This document shows, one piece after another, positions 54,330 to 63,403 of a stretch of DNA of 64,000 nucleotides. Every line of letters begins with the position of its first letter. Position 1 is the first letter of the stretch. The DNA lies in IMG/VR virus record IMGVR_UViG_3300032677_000014. The stretch is one strand, 5' to 3'. The stretch comes from an uncultured virus (IMG/VR IMGVR_UViG_3300032677_000014). Taxonomy: Duplodnaviria; Heunggongvirae; Uroviricota; Caudoviricetes. Position numbers and translations under genes: made by a program. The notes under the pieces were generated by a model. That model did no database searches and was not told where the DNA came from. It was given only the letters and a program-made list of their open reading frames with translations.

Positions 54330-54769
54330 TCTGATAAATCTCCTTGTCTAGGATATACATCTGGATTAAAGGTGTTGCGTTTTACTACGTTTTCTCTGCA
54401 AGATAATATTTGCAGATTTTCCGGGGTATGTAGCCCAGAAACTTGTTTTCCCTGTAAAGGGATAATATGGTCTACCTCAAACTTACTTTTTTTGTCATGT
54501 ATGTAGGTATTAAATATTTGGCAGAAATCATAAAAACCATCGATCTCTGCATAGTGAGCTTTTGTTAGCCAACTAGGTGTTCTATTTAATTTAGCAGCGT
54601 GTCGTTTTGCTACTTTTTTTGCAAATAAAGCTTTGTTCTTTTGGTAATATTCTGCTTGTCTAGCACGAATTTTTTCACGATTTTCAGCATACCTAATTGC
54701 TTTTCTAGCATTTAGGGATTCTTTATTTTGCTCATAATACATAGCATCAATGAGCTTTTTACTGGTCAT
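54326..54769 (-). CDS. HNH homing-endonuclease-like protein
   Basis: RTPSW, VDHIIPLQG..VSGLH.PENLQ...N..K.N. Confidence 0.85.
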   Translation of the reverse strand: MTSKKLIDAMYYEQNKESLNARKAIRYAENREKIRARQAEYYQKNKALFAKKVAKRHAAKLNRTPSWLTKAHYAEIDGFYDFCQIFNTYIHDKKSKFEVDHIIPLQGKQVSGLHTPENLQILSCRENVVKRNTFNPDVYPRQGDLSE

Positions 54770-54956
54770 CGTCCGAGTTCTCCAATCGTTGTTTGAGGTC
54801 TTTAATTATTCCGCCTGCAGCCTCGAGACCTCGAATCTGACCACAGACGTATCTATACTCTTCAATTGTTGGGATATTTCCTTGGGCTAGTCCGCCCGAT
54901 AAGAATTCAATCCGTTCGTTGAATTCTTTCAACAAATATTCTAAGTAATCCATCAT
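54759..54956 (-). CDS. conserved small protein downstream of portal
   Basis: EEYRYVCGQIRGL. Confidence 0.7.
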   Translation of the reverse strand: MMDYLEYLLKEFNERIEFLSGGLAQGNIPTIEEYRYVCGQIRGLEAAGGIIKDLKQRLENSDDDQ

Positions 54957-57565
54957 TCTCCTTTAGGTGTTTGCTCCACTGGCGTCTCCGTAGGAGTCAA
55001 GTGCTTCATTAAATCTACTTCGTGATCCATCTTTCGCCCACGCTGTTCGTGCAGCATATCCATCGTCTTATGGGCTGTTTTTACTGCTGTTTCTTTGTGT
55101 GTTTTACGCACATCATGGGAAATATCCATAGCGTCTCTTAGGACATCCACTCCCAATCGGTTTCCTTCAGCTTGTTGGTGGGCTTTTAACTCCAAAGCCT
55201 TCTCCATTAAGCCAATTCCCTGCTGTTTTGTAGCAGTTTGTTGCATAGCAGCGATGCGCTCACGCTCAATTTGCAGGCGTTGTTGCTCAATTTGCATATC
55301 CATCTGGTCTTTTTGGACCTTACGTTGCTGTTCTTGCTGCTTAATCTGCAATTCTTGCTGTTGCATCTGCACAATTGGGTCTTGTGCCTGCTGTTGAGCC
55401 TTTTGTTGGGCTACTTGAGCTTGATTTCCAGCTAATAATTGCTGTGAAGCCTGTGCCAATAGCGGCGCTAAGCGGGATTCTACTTCTGGATTCATTGGAA
55501 TCTCTTCGCCAGACTCATCGTGTTGAGGTGGCAAGTTAAATCCAAGCTGTTTTTCAATCTGAACACGGTACTCAAAGCCCAAATGTTCGTTAATATGCGC
55601 TTGCATTGCAGCTTGTAACTGCGGAGCCATCGGATTATTTTGCAATAATTGCATAATCTTAGGATCTTGCATGGCTGACATATGCACTTGGATGTGCGCT
55701 TGATGGTTTTGGTAAGCAAAAGCCTTGACTGGTTTACCCATCAAGACGTTCTGATTCTCCGTAACGGGATCGGTCGGCTTCTGGTCTTCTTCCATCGGAA
55801 CGAGTTTCTGCGCATTCTTAATCCCCAGTACGTCGAGCATCTGGCGATAGAGGAGCGGCATATTAAAGAGCTGTGGCGATCCCTGAGCGAGCTGTAATAC
55901 CGCTTGGTATTGGACAATCTTTTGCGCCATCGTAGACGCATTGGGATCCGAAACGGGGATGACATCAACATTGTCATAATCAGACTTTTTCGCTGTCCGA
56001 CTACCTTCATCTGGCTCATATGAATATTCCTCAGGAGTGTATTCAGCAATAATGTGTTTGAGGAGTTTTAACTCCTGTTTTAAGCTAAAGTGAATACGGG
56101 CTTGTACTGCGCTCATTACTTTTAAGGTGCGCTCTAAAATGGCAAGCGTTGTACCTACTGGGGCATTAGCAGACATATCGGAAAGGTTTAGATCCGCTGT
56201 GTTAGCAAAGCGGCGACCTTCTTCAATAATCTTATCCATAAGTCCAGCCAATACTTGGCTTGGCTCTTTGTATGGCAACGGCATAATGTTGTCACGCATC
56301 GCTCCAGAAGGAACGTCCACGTCACGCCATTCACCTGGGGCTATTGGTGTGTCGTCGCCTTTGACTCGCAACCCACGGGTCTTAAAGCCACCTGGCAAGT
56401 TTGAAAGTGTCCCAGCGTCAACCAACTGCCGGATGATAGAAGTACCAGACTTAGCATAAGCACCGATAAGATGAATGAGGCCAAAAGAATAGAAACCAAA
56501 GCCCGGAATATAACCGTAATGAACGAAGTGCTGGCGTTTTTGTTGTTTCTTGTCATCTGGCTCCCAATTGCGACGGATCGCTAAAATGTTTTGTGTACCC
56601 TTTTCGATGGTTACTACATAAGGAAGAGCGATACCTGTCTCTTCACCATTCTCATCCACATCCTCAAAACCCGGAAGATCTAGGTCAACGTGCATCTCTA
56701 GAATCTTATAGCGGTCATCTGTAGTTGCTCTAAAGCCTAAACGCTCGGCAATTTTCTTTTCCACTTCATCCAAAGACTGGATAGGATCGCCCAGGTCAAT
56801 ATCACGGTAGAATCCGCTAACCTGTAGTTTGCGCAGTTCATTCTCGGTCTTACGCATCACGTGGGTTACCCGTGGGGAAGAGGCTAGGTCAGATGCACCG
56901 TAAGGCACAACCATATCTTCAGCAGGAATAAACATTGCTACTTGACGACCTAAGCTTGGATCGTAGTAGACTTTCTTAAATGCGTTACCAGCTAAACCCA
57001 AGCCCCATAACATACGCTCAGTCTCTGGGCGGTATTCAGGCATCGTCTCGGTTAACTGGTAGTTCATGTCTTCTTCAACACGTCTAGCAGAATCTTTTTT
57101 CTCTGGAGTCTCTTTACCGATAATCACGGTTCTTACTGGACCTGCTGCTGGGAAGATAGACATCATTGTTTCGGCTTGGAACTTAACCAAAGCCTCAGAC
57201 ATTAATGGATGGTAAACACCGCAAGCACCTTCCCAAGGTTCTGCACGCTCTTCGATCTTTAATCCGAGTAAATCTAAACCATCCACATAGGTTTGGATCC
57301 AGTCACGGCGGGAAGCAACGTCCGCTTCAAAGTCGCCCAAGAGGTCGCCCGCTAATTGGGCAAGTTCACCGTCGTTTACATATTCAGCAAGGTTGGCATT
57401 AAAGTCGTCTTCGGATTCCTCCTCAGGCTCCAAGATTACTTCTAATCCATCAATCCCGATCTTTACGGACTCTGGATTCTCAATCTCAATCTCAATTGGG
57501 GTTTCGTTTTCTGCTGCTTCGTCGATTCCAATTGGTGCCTGATACAGCGCTTTATCTATTGCCAT
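54953..57565 (-). CDS. portal protein
   Basis: 870 aa after terL; PWEGACGVYHP, GNAFKKVYYD, Gln-rich C-terminal barrel. Confidence 0.9.
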   Translation of the reverse strand: MAIDKALYQAPIGIDEAAENETPIEIEIENPESVKIGIDGLEVILEPEEESEDDFNANLAEYVNDGELAQLAGDLLGDFEADVASRRDWIQTYVDGLDLLGLKIEERAEPWEGACGVYHPLMSEALVKFQAETMMSIFPAAGPVRTVIIGKETPEKKDSARRVEEDMNYQLTETMPEYRPETERMLWGLGLAGNAFKKVYYDPSLGRQVAMFIPAEDMVVPYGASDLASSPRVTHVMRKTENELRKLQVSGFYRDIDLGDPIQSLDEVEKKIAERLGFRATTDDRYKILEMHVDLDLPGFEDVDENGEETGIALPYVVTIEKGTQNILAIRRNWEPDDKKQQKRQHFVHYGYIPGFGFYSFGLIHLIGAYAKSGTSIIRQLVDAGTLSNLPGGFKTRGLRVKGDDTPIAPGEWRDVDVPSGAMRDNIMPLPYKEPSQVLAGLMDKIIEEGRRFANTADLNLSDMSANAPVGTTLAILERTLKVMSAVQARIHFSLKQELKLLKHIIAEYTPEEYSYEPDEGSRTAKKSDYDNVDVIPVSDPNASTMAQKIVQYQAVLQLAQGSPQLFNMPLLYRQMLDVLGIKNAQKLVPMEEDQKPTDPVTENQNVLMGKPVKAFAYQNHQAHIQVHMSAMQDPKIMQLLQNNPMAPQLQAAMQAHINEHLGFEYRVQIEKQLGFNLPPQHDESGEEIPMNPEVESRLAPLLAQASQQLLAGNQAQVAQQKAQQQAQDPIVQMQQQELQIKQQEQQRKVQKDQMDMQIEQQRLQIERERIAAMQQTATKQQGIGLMEKALELKAHQQAEGNRLGVDVLRDAMDISHDVRKTHKETAVKTAHKTMDMLHEQRGRKMDHEVDLMKHLTPTETPVEQTPKGE

Positions 57566-57574
57566 AGTTTATCC

Positions 57575-59068
57575 TTAGTAGTAACCTGAGTTACGTCTGC
57601 TTTTAAATTGCTTTATTTCATCAGGCTCATCAGTATCTAATCTGAGAAACCCGCCCTGCCTAAATCGTATTAACGCCTGTGTACTAGAGTCCACTAAGTC
57701 ATCGTGGTCTGAATTAGGAAAGGATGCCATCTCTTCTATAACCTCATCAGCCCATCTTCTTGGTGGTGCCCATACCTTGCCTGAAGCAAATAAATCTGAT
57801 ATTGAATTCAATCTGGCGATCTTATCATTGCCCCGAGTAGGTGTAAACTCTGATACGGGAATCCCCATACGGCGTAATTCAAAGATTAGCGGCATTCCTG
57901 AAGCTTTTCCTTCCACGATAAACGCATCGGGTTCCCACTCTTTATACATATTGAATGCTTTATCTTTTAGCTCAGGAAACTCAAGACGGGCTTTAAAGGC
58001 ATCCAATAAAATGACGTTGGGTTGCATTTCATCTTCGTTGAGGTAAAAGACGCCCCATGTCGTGCAGGCTGAATAGTCCGAACGCTCATTCTTAGTAAAG
58101 GCGGTATCCCATGACTGAATGACAAACTCACACCGAGGCGGAGTATCTTCTTCCCAAGACTTCCACCACTCCCGCTTAATCAGCGCTCCTTCTTCGGAGG
58201 TCGGTGCCTGTTGGTACTGGGCATTCCACTTACTTACAGGCAATTCCTCCCGCAATACCTCTAGTTCTTTGATGTCCCAAAATTCGGGCCACAAAGATTT
58301 ACCAGATGGGAGAATCGCCGGAAGTTCGATGATGTCCCACTCATCACCGTCCTTCTCTACTGCCGACTTTAGGATTCGACCTGTTAGATCCTTTTTACTC
58401 CAACGGGTCATAATTACAATAATCGCCCCTCCCGGTTGTAAACGCTGGCGAGGTCCTGAGGAGTACCACTCGTAGACTTTGTCGTAGACTTCGGGATTGG
58501 TGGATGCGATAGCGGCTTCTTGCTCTGAATGGGGGTCGTCGATAATAAGCAGGTCAGCACCTTTACCAGTAACAGTACCGCCCACACCGATAGCAAAATA
58601 CTCACCATTAGCATTAGTGCTCCAGCGTCCTGCTGCTTTAGAATCAGAGCGCAAATTAACGTTAGGGAAAATCTTTGCATATTGTTCGCTTCCTACTAGG
58701 TTACGTACTTTACGTCCAAAGCCTACCGCCAGCTCCGCTGTATTAGAACATTGGATAATCTTCTTGCTCGGGTCCCGCCCCAAAAACCATGCCGGTAACA
58801 TATAGGAGCCGAACTCAGACTTCGTATGGCGTGGGGGCATGTTGATAATCAGGCGCTTTAACTTCCCGTTAGCGATGTCTTCGAACTTCTTCGCCATCAG
58901 CTTATGGTGGGCGCCGTTGATGAATCCGGGCCACATTTCGTGAACAAAGCTCATAAAGTCTATTTGAGCCTTCTCCCGCTTCATTGAGTTAACGTACACT
59001 TCGGCAGCCTCGTAAAAAGCTTCCCGCTCCGTTAACGGCATCTTCTCTACGATCTCTTTAAGGTTCAT
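57575..59068 (-). CDS. terL: terminase large subunit
   Basis: MPPRHTKS Walker A, IIDDPH Walker B, MTRW, SWDTA, HDDLVD. Confidence 0.95.
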   Translation of the reverse strand: MNLKEIVEKMPLTEREAFYEAAEVYVNSMKREKAQIDFMSFVHEMWPGFINGAHHKLMAKKFEDIANGKLKRLIINMPPRHTKSEFGSYMLPAWFLGRDPSKKIIQCSNTAELAVGFGRKVRNLVGSEQYAKIFPNVNLRSDSKAAGRWSTNANGEYFAIGVGGTVTGKGADLLIIDDPHSEQEAAIASTNPEVYDKVYEWYSSGPRQRLQPGGAIIVIMTRWSKKDLTGRILKSAVEKDGDEWDIIELPAILPSGKSLWPEFWDIKELEVLREELPVSKWNAQYQQAPTSEEGALIKREWWKSWEEDTPPRCEFVIQSWDTAFTKNERSDYSACTTWGVFYLNEDEMQPNVILLDAFKARLEFPELKDKAFNMYKEWEPDAFIVEGKASGMPLIFELRRMGIPVSEFTPTRGNDKIARLNSISDLFASGKVWAPPRRWADEVIEEMASFPNSDHDDLVDSSTQALIRFRQGGFLRLDTDEPDEIKQFKSRRNSGYY

Positions 59069-59289
59069 TCTGCTTTTCTGATCCGTATGTAGGAGGGTCG
59101 CACAGAACGTGCCGTGTTGGGTAGTTTCTTACAGTGTCCCAATTCAACCAGTCGGTTAATGATTCGATGGATATTGCCTTTAGACTTATCGCCCGTAATA
59201 TCCATAATGTTCTGGATAGACGGAGCAAAGCCATACCGTCTCCACCAGGAGTCAATAATCGAATAGATGTATTGTTGCTTTTCTGTCAT
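59065..59289 (-). CDS. stand-alone LexA-type N-terminal DNA-binding domain
   Basis: MTEKQQYIY..I......GFAPSIQNI....G.KS...IH..I..L...G.......ARSV, the LexA wHTH pattern; no protease domain. Confidence 0.75.
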   Translation of the reverse strand: MTEKQQYIYSIIDSWWRRYGFAPSIQNIMDITGDKSKGNIHRIINRLVELGHCKKLPNTARSVRPSYIRIRKAE

Positions 59290-59353
59290 AGGATGACAAA
59301 TAGGATAATGTAAGCAACCACTATCGTACCAATCAGATAAAAGACATCTTTTC

Positions 59354-59575
59354 TCACAGGTGCGATTCCCAGTTAACATCACTAGAACCTGTTTCGCCCG
59401 CAACCCAATGAGATTTAACGATACGGTTTTCTAACTCAATATGGGAATGTATCTTATTACATAGGGATAGAACATACTTAATATCCGATGGCGTGAGTTG
59501 CCCCATGAGCTGGAGAATCTTCACTACCGCTATATCGTTATCTAAGCGCTGTGGCTTAACAATGCTCTCAATCAT
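59354..59575 (-). CDS. hypothetical protein
   Basis: GAGG RBS. Confidence 0.55.
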   Translation of the reverse strand: MIESIVKPQRLDNDIAVVKILQLMGQLTPSDIKYVLSLCNKIHSHIELENRIVKSHWVAGETGSSDVNWESHL

Positions 59576-59715
59576 TTTTGGCTACCTCAATGGCTTTAAG
59601 AGCAAAATTATATAATTGCTCGTTAGTTGGGGATTCAGGCATGTCTGATATTAAATGCATAATCTTGACACCATCAATTGGGTCAACAAGCCCATCAGTT
59701 TCGTTTACATAAGTC

Positions 59716-59901
59716 TCAATCATTTTTCCTTGCCTTTTCAATTGTCCGTTTAGTTACCATTTCTGCTAATGCTCTTTCTGCTTCTTCCTTCTCCAACAAC
59801 AAATCTCTCTCATCCTCTAGGAAGGCTAGGAGAGATCTAAAGGAATCTATCTTCGACTGCACCCAAGCAATCTCCATAGTGACGTCCTTTAATGTTCTCA
59901 A
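59716..59901 (-). CDS. hypothetical coiled-coil protein
   Basis: ORF tiling the late operon. Confidence 0.5.
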   Translation of the reverse strand: MRTLKDVTMEIAWVQSKIDSFRSLLAFLEDERDLLLEKEEAERALAEMVTKRTIEKARKND

Positions 59902-60036
59902 AAAATATACCCCCCTACCCCAGTGAAAATACGCAATTACCGGGGGGTACTTCTGTATAAAAATGTGTTACATATTGCACAAAATTTAAGCACCCTACCC
60001 CCTCTTTTTCTATCTCTAACAAGTTATAGATATAAG

Positions 60037-60771
60037 TCATTGATTTTCCTCAGGATTATTTTCGATTACTTCAGAATTAGTTTCAGAGCTACTTTCAGAC
60101 TCACTTCCCTTGTCTGGAATACTATGTAATTTAGATGGTGGGACTCCTGTTTCAGAATCGGGCTGGTGGGGGTCGCTGATCTGTGTGTCGGGAATCTCGG
60201 AAGGGGTAGGGCTGATCTCGGCAAGCAACTGCATAACATCAGAATCATCAGCATTGATTACCTTAGCATTGTCTCCTATGGATTGCTTTAGCATGGCAAT
60301 CAGTTCGTCTCTAGCCTTATCCGAGTCCTTGATTACTTTAGTCTCTGATCTATGCACGAAGGCATCTACTCCCGCTATTGTGCCTAGGGCTTTGAGAGCA
60401 TTTACCCTTACAGAAGGGTTTGAGTCCTCACTAATTGCCTCTTGCGTTAGTCTTTGAACAACTAGAGCCCTTATTTGTCCAGCTGTATACAACTTCTGAA
60501 ACTCAATCCCCTGTTTTATAGCCTCTGTTATCGCTTGGATATCGTCACGCTTTGCCAATCTATGCCCATTGTTTGCCATTGTCTTCGATGTTCCCTTACT
60601 GTTGTATGCCTTTTTATATGCTCCAGCCTTTGTTTCTCCCCTTGCTAATTCCTCACAGAACTTAATCTGCTTAGTAGTCAGCTTGCTTTTCTCTACATTA
60701 AGCAATTCATACATGGGTGTTTGATCTAATGCTTCCTTGATCTGTTTCTTCGTTAGTTTCTGCAATCTCAT
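60037..60771 (-). CDS. terS: terminase small subunit
   Basis: LT.KQ.KFC.....G.....AY..AY HTH pattern; upstream of terL. Confidence 0.75.
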   Translation of the reverse strand: MRLQKLTKKQIKEALDQTPMYELLNVEKSKLTTKQIKFCEELARGETKAGAYKKAYNSKGTSKTMANNGHRLAKRDDIQAITEAIKQGIEFQKLYTAGQIRALVVQRLTQEAISEDSNPSVRVNALKALGTIAGVDAFVHRSETKVIKDSDKARDELIAMLKQSIGDNAKVINADDSDVMQLLAEISPTPSEIPDTQISDPHQPDSETGVPPSKLHSIPDKGSESESSSETNSEVIENNPEENQ

Positions 60772-60838
60772 AATCTAGCCAATAATAGGAACATAATCGG
60801 AACATTGGTATAACGATATAAGGATAGTATCACAACTA

Positions 60839-60872
60839 CTGTATATATGCACAGGACTGTTTACTTATACAG
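60839..60872. promoter_or_regulatory. two tandem LexA (SOS) boxes
   Basis: CTGT-ATATATGC-ACAG (60839-60854) and CTGT-TTACTTAT-ACAG (60857-60872). Confidence 0.75.
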
Positions 60873-60999
60873 TGTTATCTCTTATCTCATTCCCTAGTAG
60901 AGCAAATGACAAACTATCCAAGACGGGGAATATTGCGGGCTTTTATCTTCCCCCGCAATAGAAACTTTCTCATATTGTGGGAAATTATTTTTCATTTTC

Positions 61000-61041
61000 T
61001 TGACCTAGATCAAGTTTTTGCCCTAAAACCTGTGTAATACT
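61000..61041 (+). promoter_or_regulatory. FNR-like box with downstream -10 element
   Basis: TTGAC-CTAG-ATCAA (61000-61013); TGTGTAATACT (61031-61041). Confidence 0.5.
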
Positions 61042-61087
61042 GATTCCGTAGTAAATCAAACCATTAACTTTATAAAGGCTAGATAAC

Positions 61088-61339
61088 ATGAAGATGACAC
61101 AAGAACACTACGCAACAATTCTTAACGGTATTGCTCCACTAGCTTGCAGTATTCCAGCTATGCGGACTATCTTAGCAAAAGACCCAAAAGTAAAAGACTT
61201 AGAAAAAAGACTACGCTGGGATTTATCTTACAAGGCTGGATTAAATAGTTTTATTTGCGGGCATTTATATTCATACCTAGACGATAGTCATATAGATACT
61301 GCCCTGAAATTAGCAGTAAAAGAGCTAGAGACTAACTGA
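61088..61339 (+). CDS. early hypothetical protein
   Basis: RLRWDL...LYSYLDDSHIDTAL. Confidence 0.7.
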   Translation: MKMTQEHYATILNGIAPLACSIPAMRTILAKDPKVKDLEKRLRWDLSYKAGLNSFICGHLYSYLDDSHIDTALKLAVKELETN

Positions 61340-61379
61340 TGAGGCTTTATTAGCCGAAACCCTGTAAAGGGTCTTAGTC
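61330..61379 (+). ncRNA. type I hammerhead ribozyme
   Basis: stem I GACTAA/TTAGTC; core CTGATGA; stem II GGCT-ttatt-AGCC; GAAA; stem III CCCT-gtaa-AGGG; GUC cleavage triplet (cut after 61373). Confidence 0.92.
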
Positions 61380-61404
61380 AAACCAAACTTACAGAGGATA
61401 GACA

Positions 61405-61872
61405 ATGGAAAACAACCAAATAGCATCAATCATTCAACAATCCGGTATAGCCCGTCTTTTTAGGCATGAATCCGGCATCCCAAAAGTAAACGCTCAAGAG
61501 AATTTGAGGGGCATCAACCATTTTGCGGATGAATCAACGCTCCGTTTTTTTGGTTCTCGAGTGAGTAGTGCTCACGAAACATCAAGCGGACTTCTGTTTT
61601 ATATCATTGAATCGTCATATTTAGACTTTAATAAAACCAAGCGGGGTTTCCGGTATGCCATTTTTGATATTTTCGGGGAATCAGTCGCTAGACCACCGCT
61701 TGACGAGGCATTTTCTACCAGCGAGAAGGCACGAAAAGCCATGTATCAATTTTTAGATACTTTTAGCGAGTCAGAGCACTATAAAAAGGCATTGACCAGC
61801 ATAGTTAAGCGGGCAGAGATCAAGGCAGAGGACGCTAGAGAGGCATTATCACAACTCACAGAGGAGTCTTAA
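61405..61872 (+). CDS. early hypothetical protein
   Basis: HF....TLRFFGSRV; GAGGA RBS. Confidence 0.7.
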   Translation: MENNQIASIIQQSGIARLFRHESGIPKVNAQENLRGINHFADESTLRFFGSRVSSAHETSSGLLFYIIESSYLDFNKTKRGFRYAIFDIFGESVARPPLDEAFSTSEKARKAMYQFLDTFSESEHYKKALTSIVKRAEIKAEDAREALSQLTEES

Positions 61873-62153
61873 TATGTTTTATGTATATAAAAACACAACC
61901 GAAGATAGCGAGGTAATCGCACAATTTACCGATAGCGATTCTGCCCTGTTATATATGGAGCGTTTAGCCCTTAGCACGAATGACCCAAAAGTGATGGGTT
62001 ATTCTGTCCGAGATTATGCACTTAAAACACTTGCGGATTATGAATCATGACCAAATACCAAAAAATGCACTATGCCCTTGCGATTGCCTTCGCTAGAGGG
62101 ATTATTGACGGGGAACAACTCGACCTTTTAATGAAGATATACAGGGAGGGAAA

Positions 62154-62345
62154 ATGAAATCTATTGACTGTATTTATAATTTGGAAATATGCCAAGAACA
62201 AGACCGAGAAGAAACAGAGTTAAACACTTGGTATATATACGATCACAAAGAAAACGAAGTTTTTAAAAATGAATGGTTTGATTCTGAAAAAGAGGCGGAA
62301 GATGCTTTAAACGCTTATATGATTGAATATGGAATCGGACTATGA
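62154..62345 (+). CDS. early hypothetical protein
   Basis: GGAGG RBS. Confidence 0.55.
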   Translation: MKSIDCIYNLEICQEQDREETELNTWYIYDHKENEVFKNEWFDSEKEAEDALNAYMIEYGIGL

Positions 62346-62588
62346 AGGAATTTAAGGAAATAATGCTTAATATCCTAGTGGTATTGGCGGGCTTATATGC
62401 GATTTATATCGTTTATATGGCAATCATTAAATGGGGGAATGTATGACCGATAGAGAAAAGGTAATTATCACAAGCCTAGAATGGCAGAGGTATGTATTTA
62501 ACAAAACCACCGACCCAAAACAACGGGAACGGGTCAAGGGAGCGATTGAACGCTTAGAAAACGAACTTAAACAGATCAGAGGCGAATT

Positions 62589-62918
62589 ATGAAAACTTGC
62601 AAAACATGGAACGGAACAATAGAGGCATATACGCCGACAGAACTCGAGAGCCTAAAAACTCATGGACAGATTGCCGGCGGGATTTGGTTTGAACAATGGC
62701 AATATCAAGGGTCAAAGGATGAAGGCACTTGCACAGGTGGCAAGGGCTTACAAGTTTGGTATGTCGGGAAGGGTAAACGCAAACCCGAACCATTGACCAT
62801 CACTAGGTGCGATTGGGTTCAGGGTAATGTATCAGCCCAGCGATCAAAGGACAACGCATTGAACTACCTAGAATCTAAGGGAATCAAGGCAACATATAAC
62901 GATGGCTGGATGGATTAA
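62589..62918 (+). CDS. early hypothetical protein
   Basis: GAGG RBS. Confidence 0.65.
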   Translation: MKTCKTWNGTIEAYTPTELESLKTHGQIAGGIWFEQWQYQGSKDEGTCTGGKGLQVWYVGKGKRKPEPLTITRCDWVQGNVSAQRSKDNALNYLESKGIKATYNDGWMD

Positions 62919-63063
62919 GACTATACCCTGAAGTGCCTATTTTTTAGGCACTTTGGAGTAGGGTTTGTCCCTATGTTTTTGTTTGCAGTATGAAGCTATT
63001 GTTTGCAGTAGAAGGCTATTTTTTAATTGAGAGTCAGGCTTATTAACAGAGGAGAGAGCCAAA

Positions 63064-63249
63064 ATGAAGCGTTATGAATATTTTGTTATACAAAAAGAAA
63101 CTTTGATCGTTGGAATAGAAGCAAATAGTAGGGAAGAAGCAGATGAACAGCTAGAAACTATGATGGACGAAAACGATTTGTCATGGAATTTTGCTGATAT
63201 TGAAGTTTATTCTGAGTTTAACGGAGAAGAGGAGGTTCAAAATGCCTAA
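63064..63249 (+). CDS. small acidic early protein (xEA.S.EEA motif)
   Basis: IEANSREEADE; GAGGAG RBS. Confidence 0.6.
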   Translation: MKRYEYFVIQKETLIVGIEANSREEADEQLETMMDENDLSWNFADIEVYSEFNGEEEVQNA

Positions 63250-63403
63250 ATTTGAAGTAGTAATTTCTACTCATGCTATTTATACAGTCGAAGCCGAAGG
63301 ATATCAAGACGCTGAAGATTTAGCATGGGATTTATTTGATCGTGGAGATTTATCTGAGCCAAATTGTGCTGAGATAGTTAAATTGGAGGAAGAAAATGTC
63401 TGA
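63242..63403 (+). CDS. small acidic early protein
   Basis: VEAEGYQDAEDLA; GAGGAGG RBS. Confidence 0.6.
   Translation: MPKFEVVISTHAIYTVEAEGYQDAEDLAWDLFDRGDLSEPNCAEIVKLEEENV

Noticed and set aside
57575..59068. Intron or intein in terminase, portal or capsid genes
   Set aside because: ORFs are continuous, of normal size, and show no intein terminal motifs.
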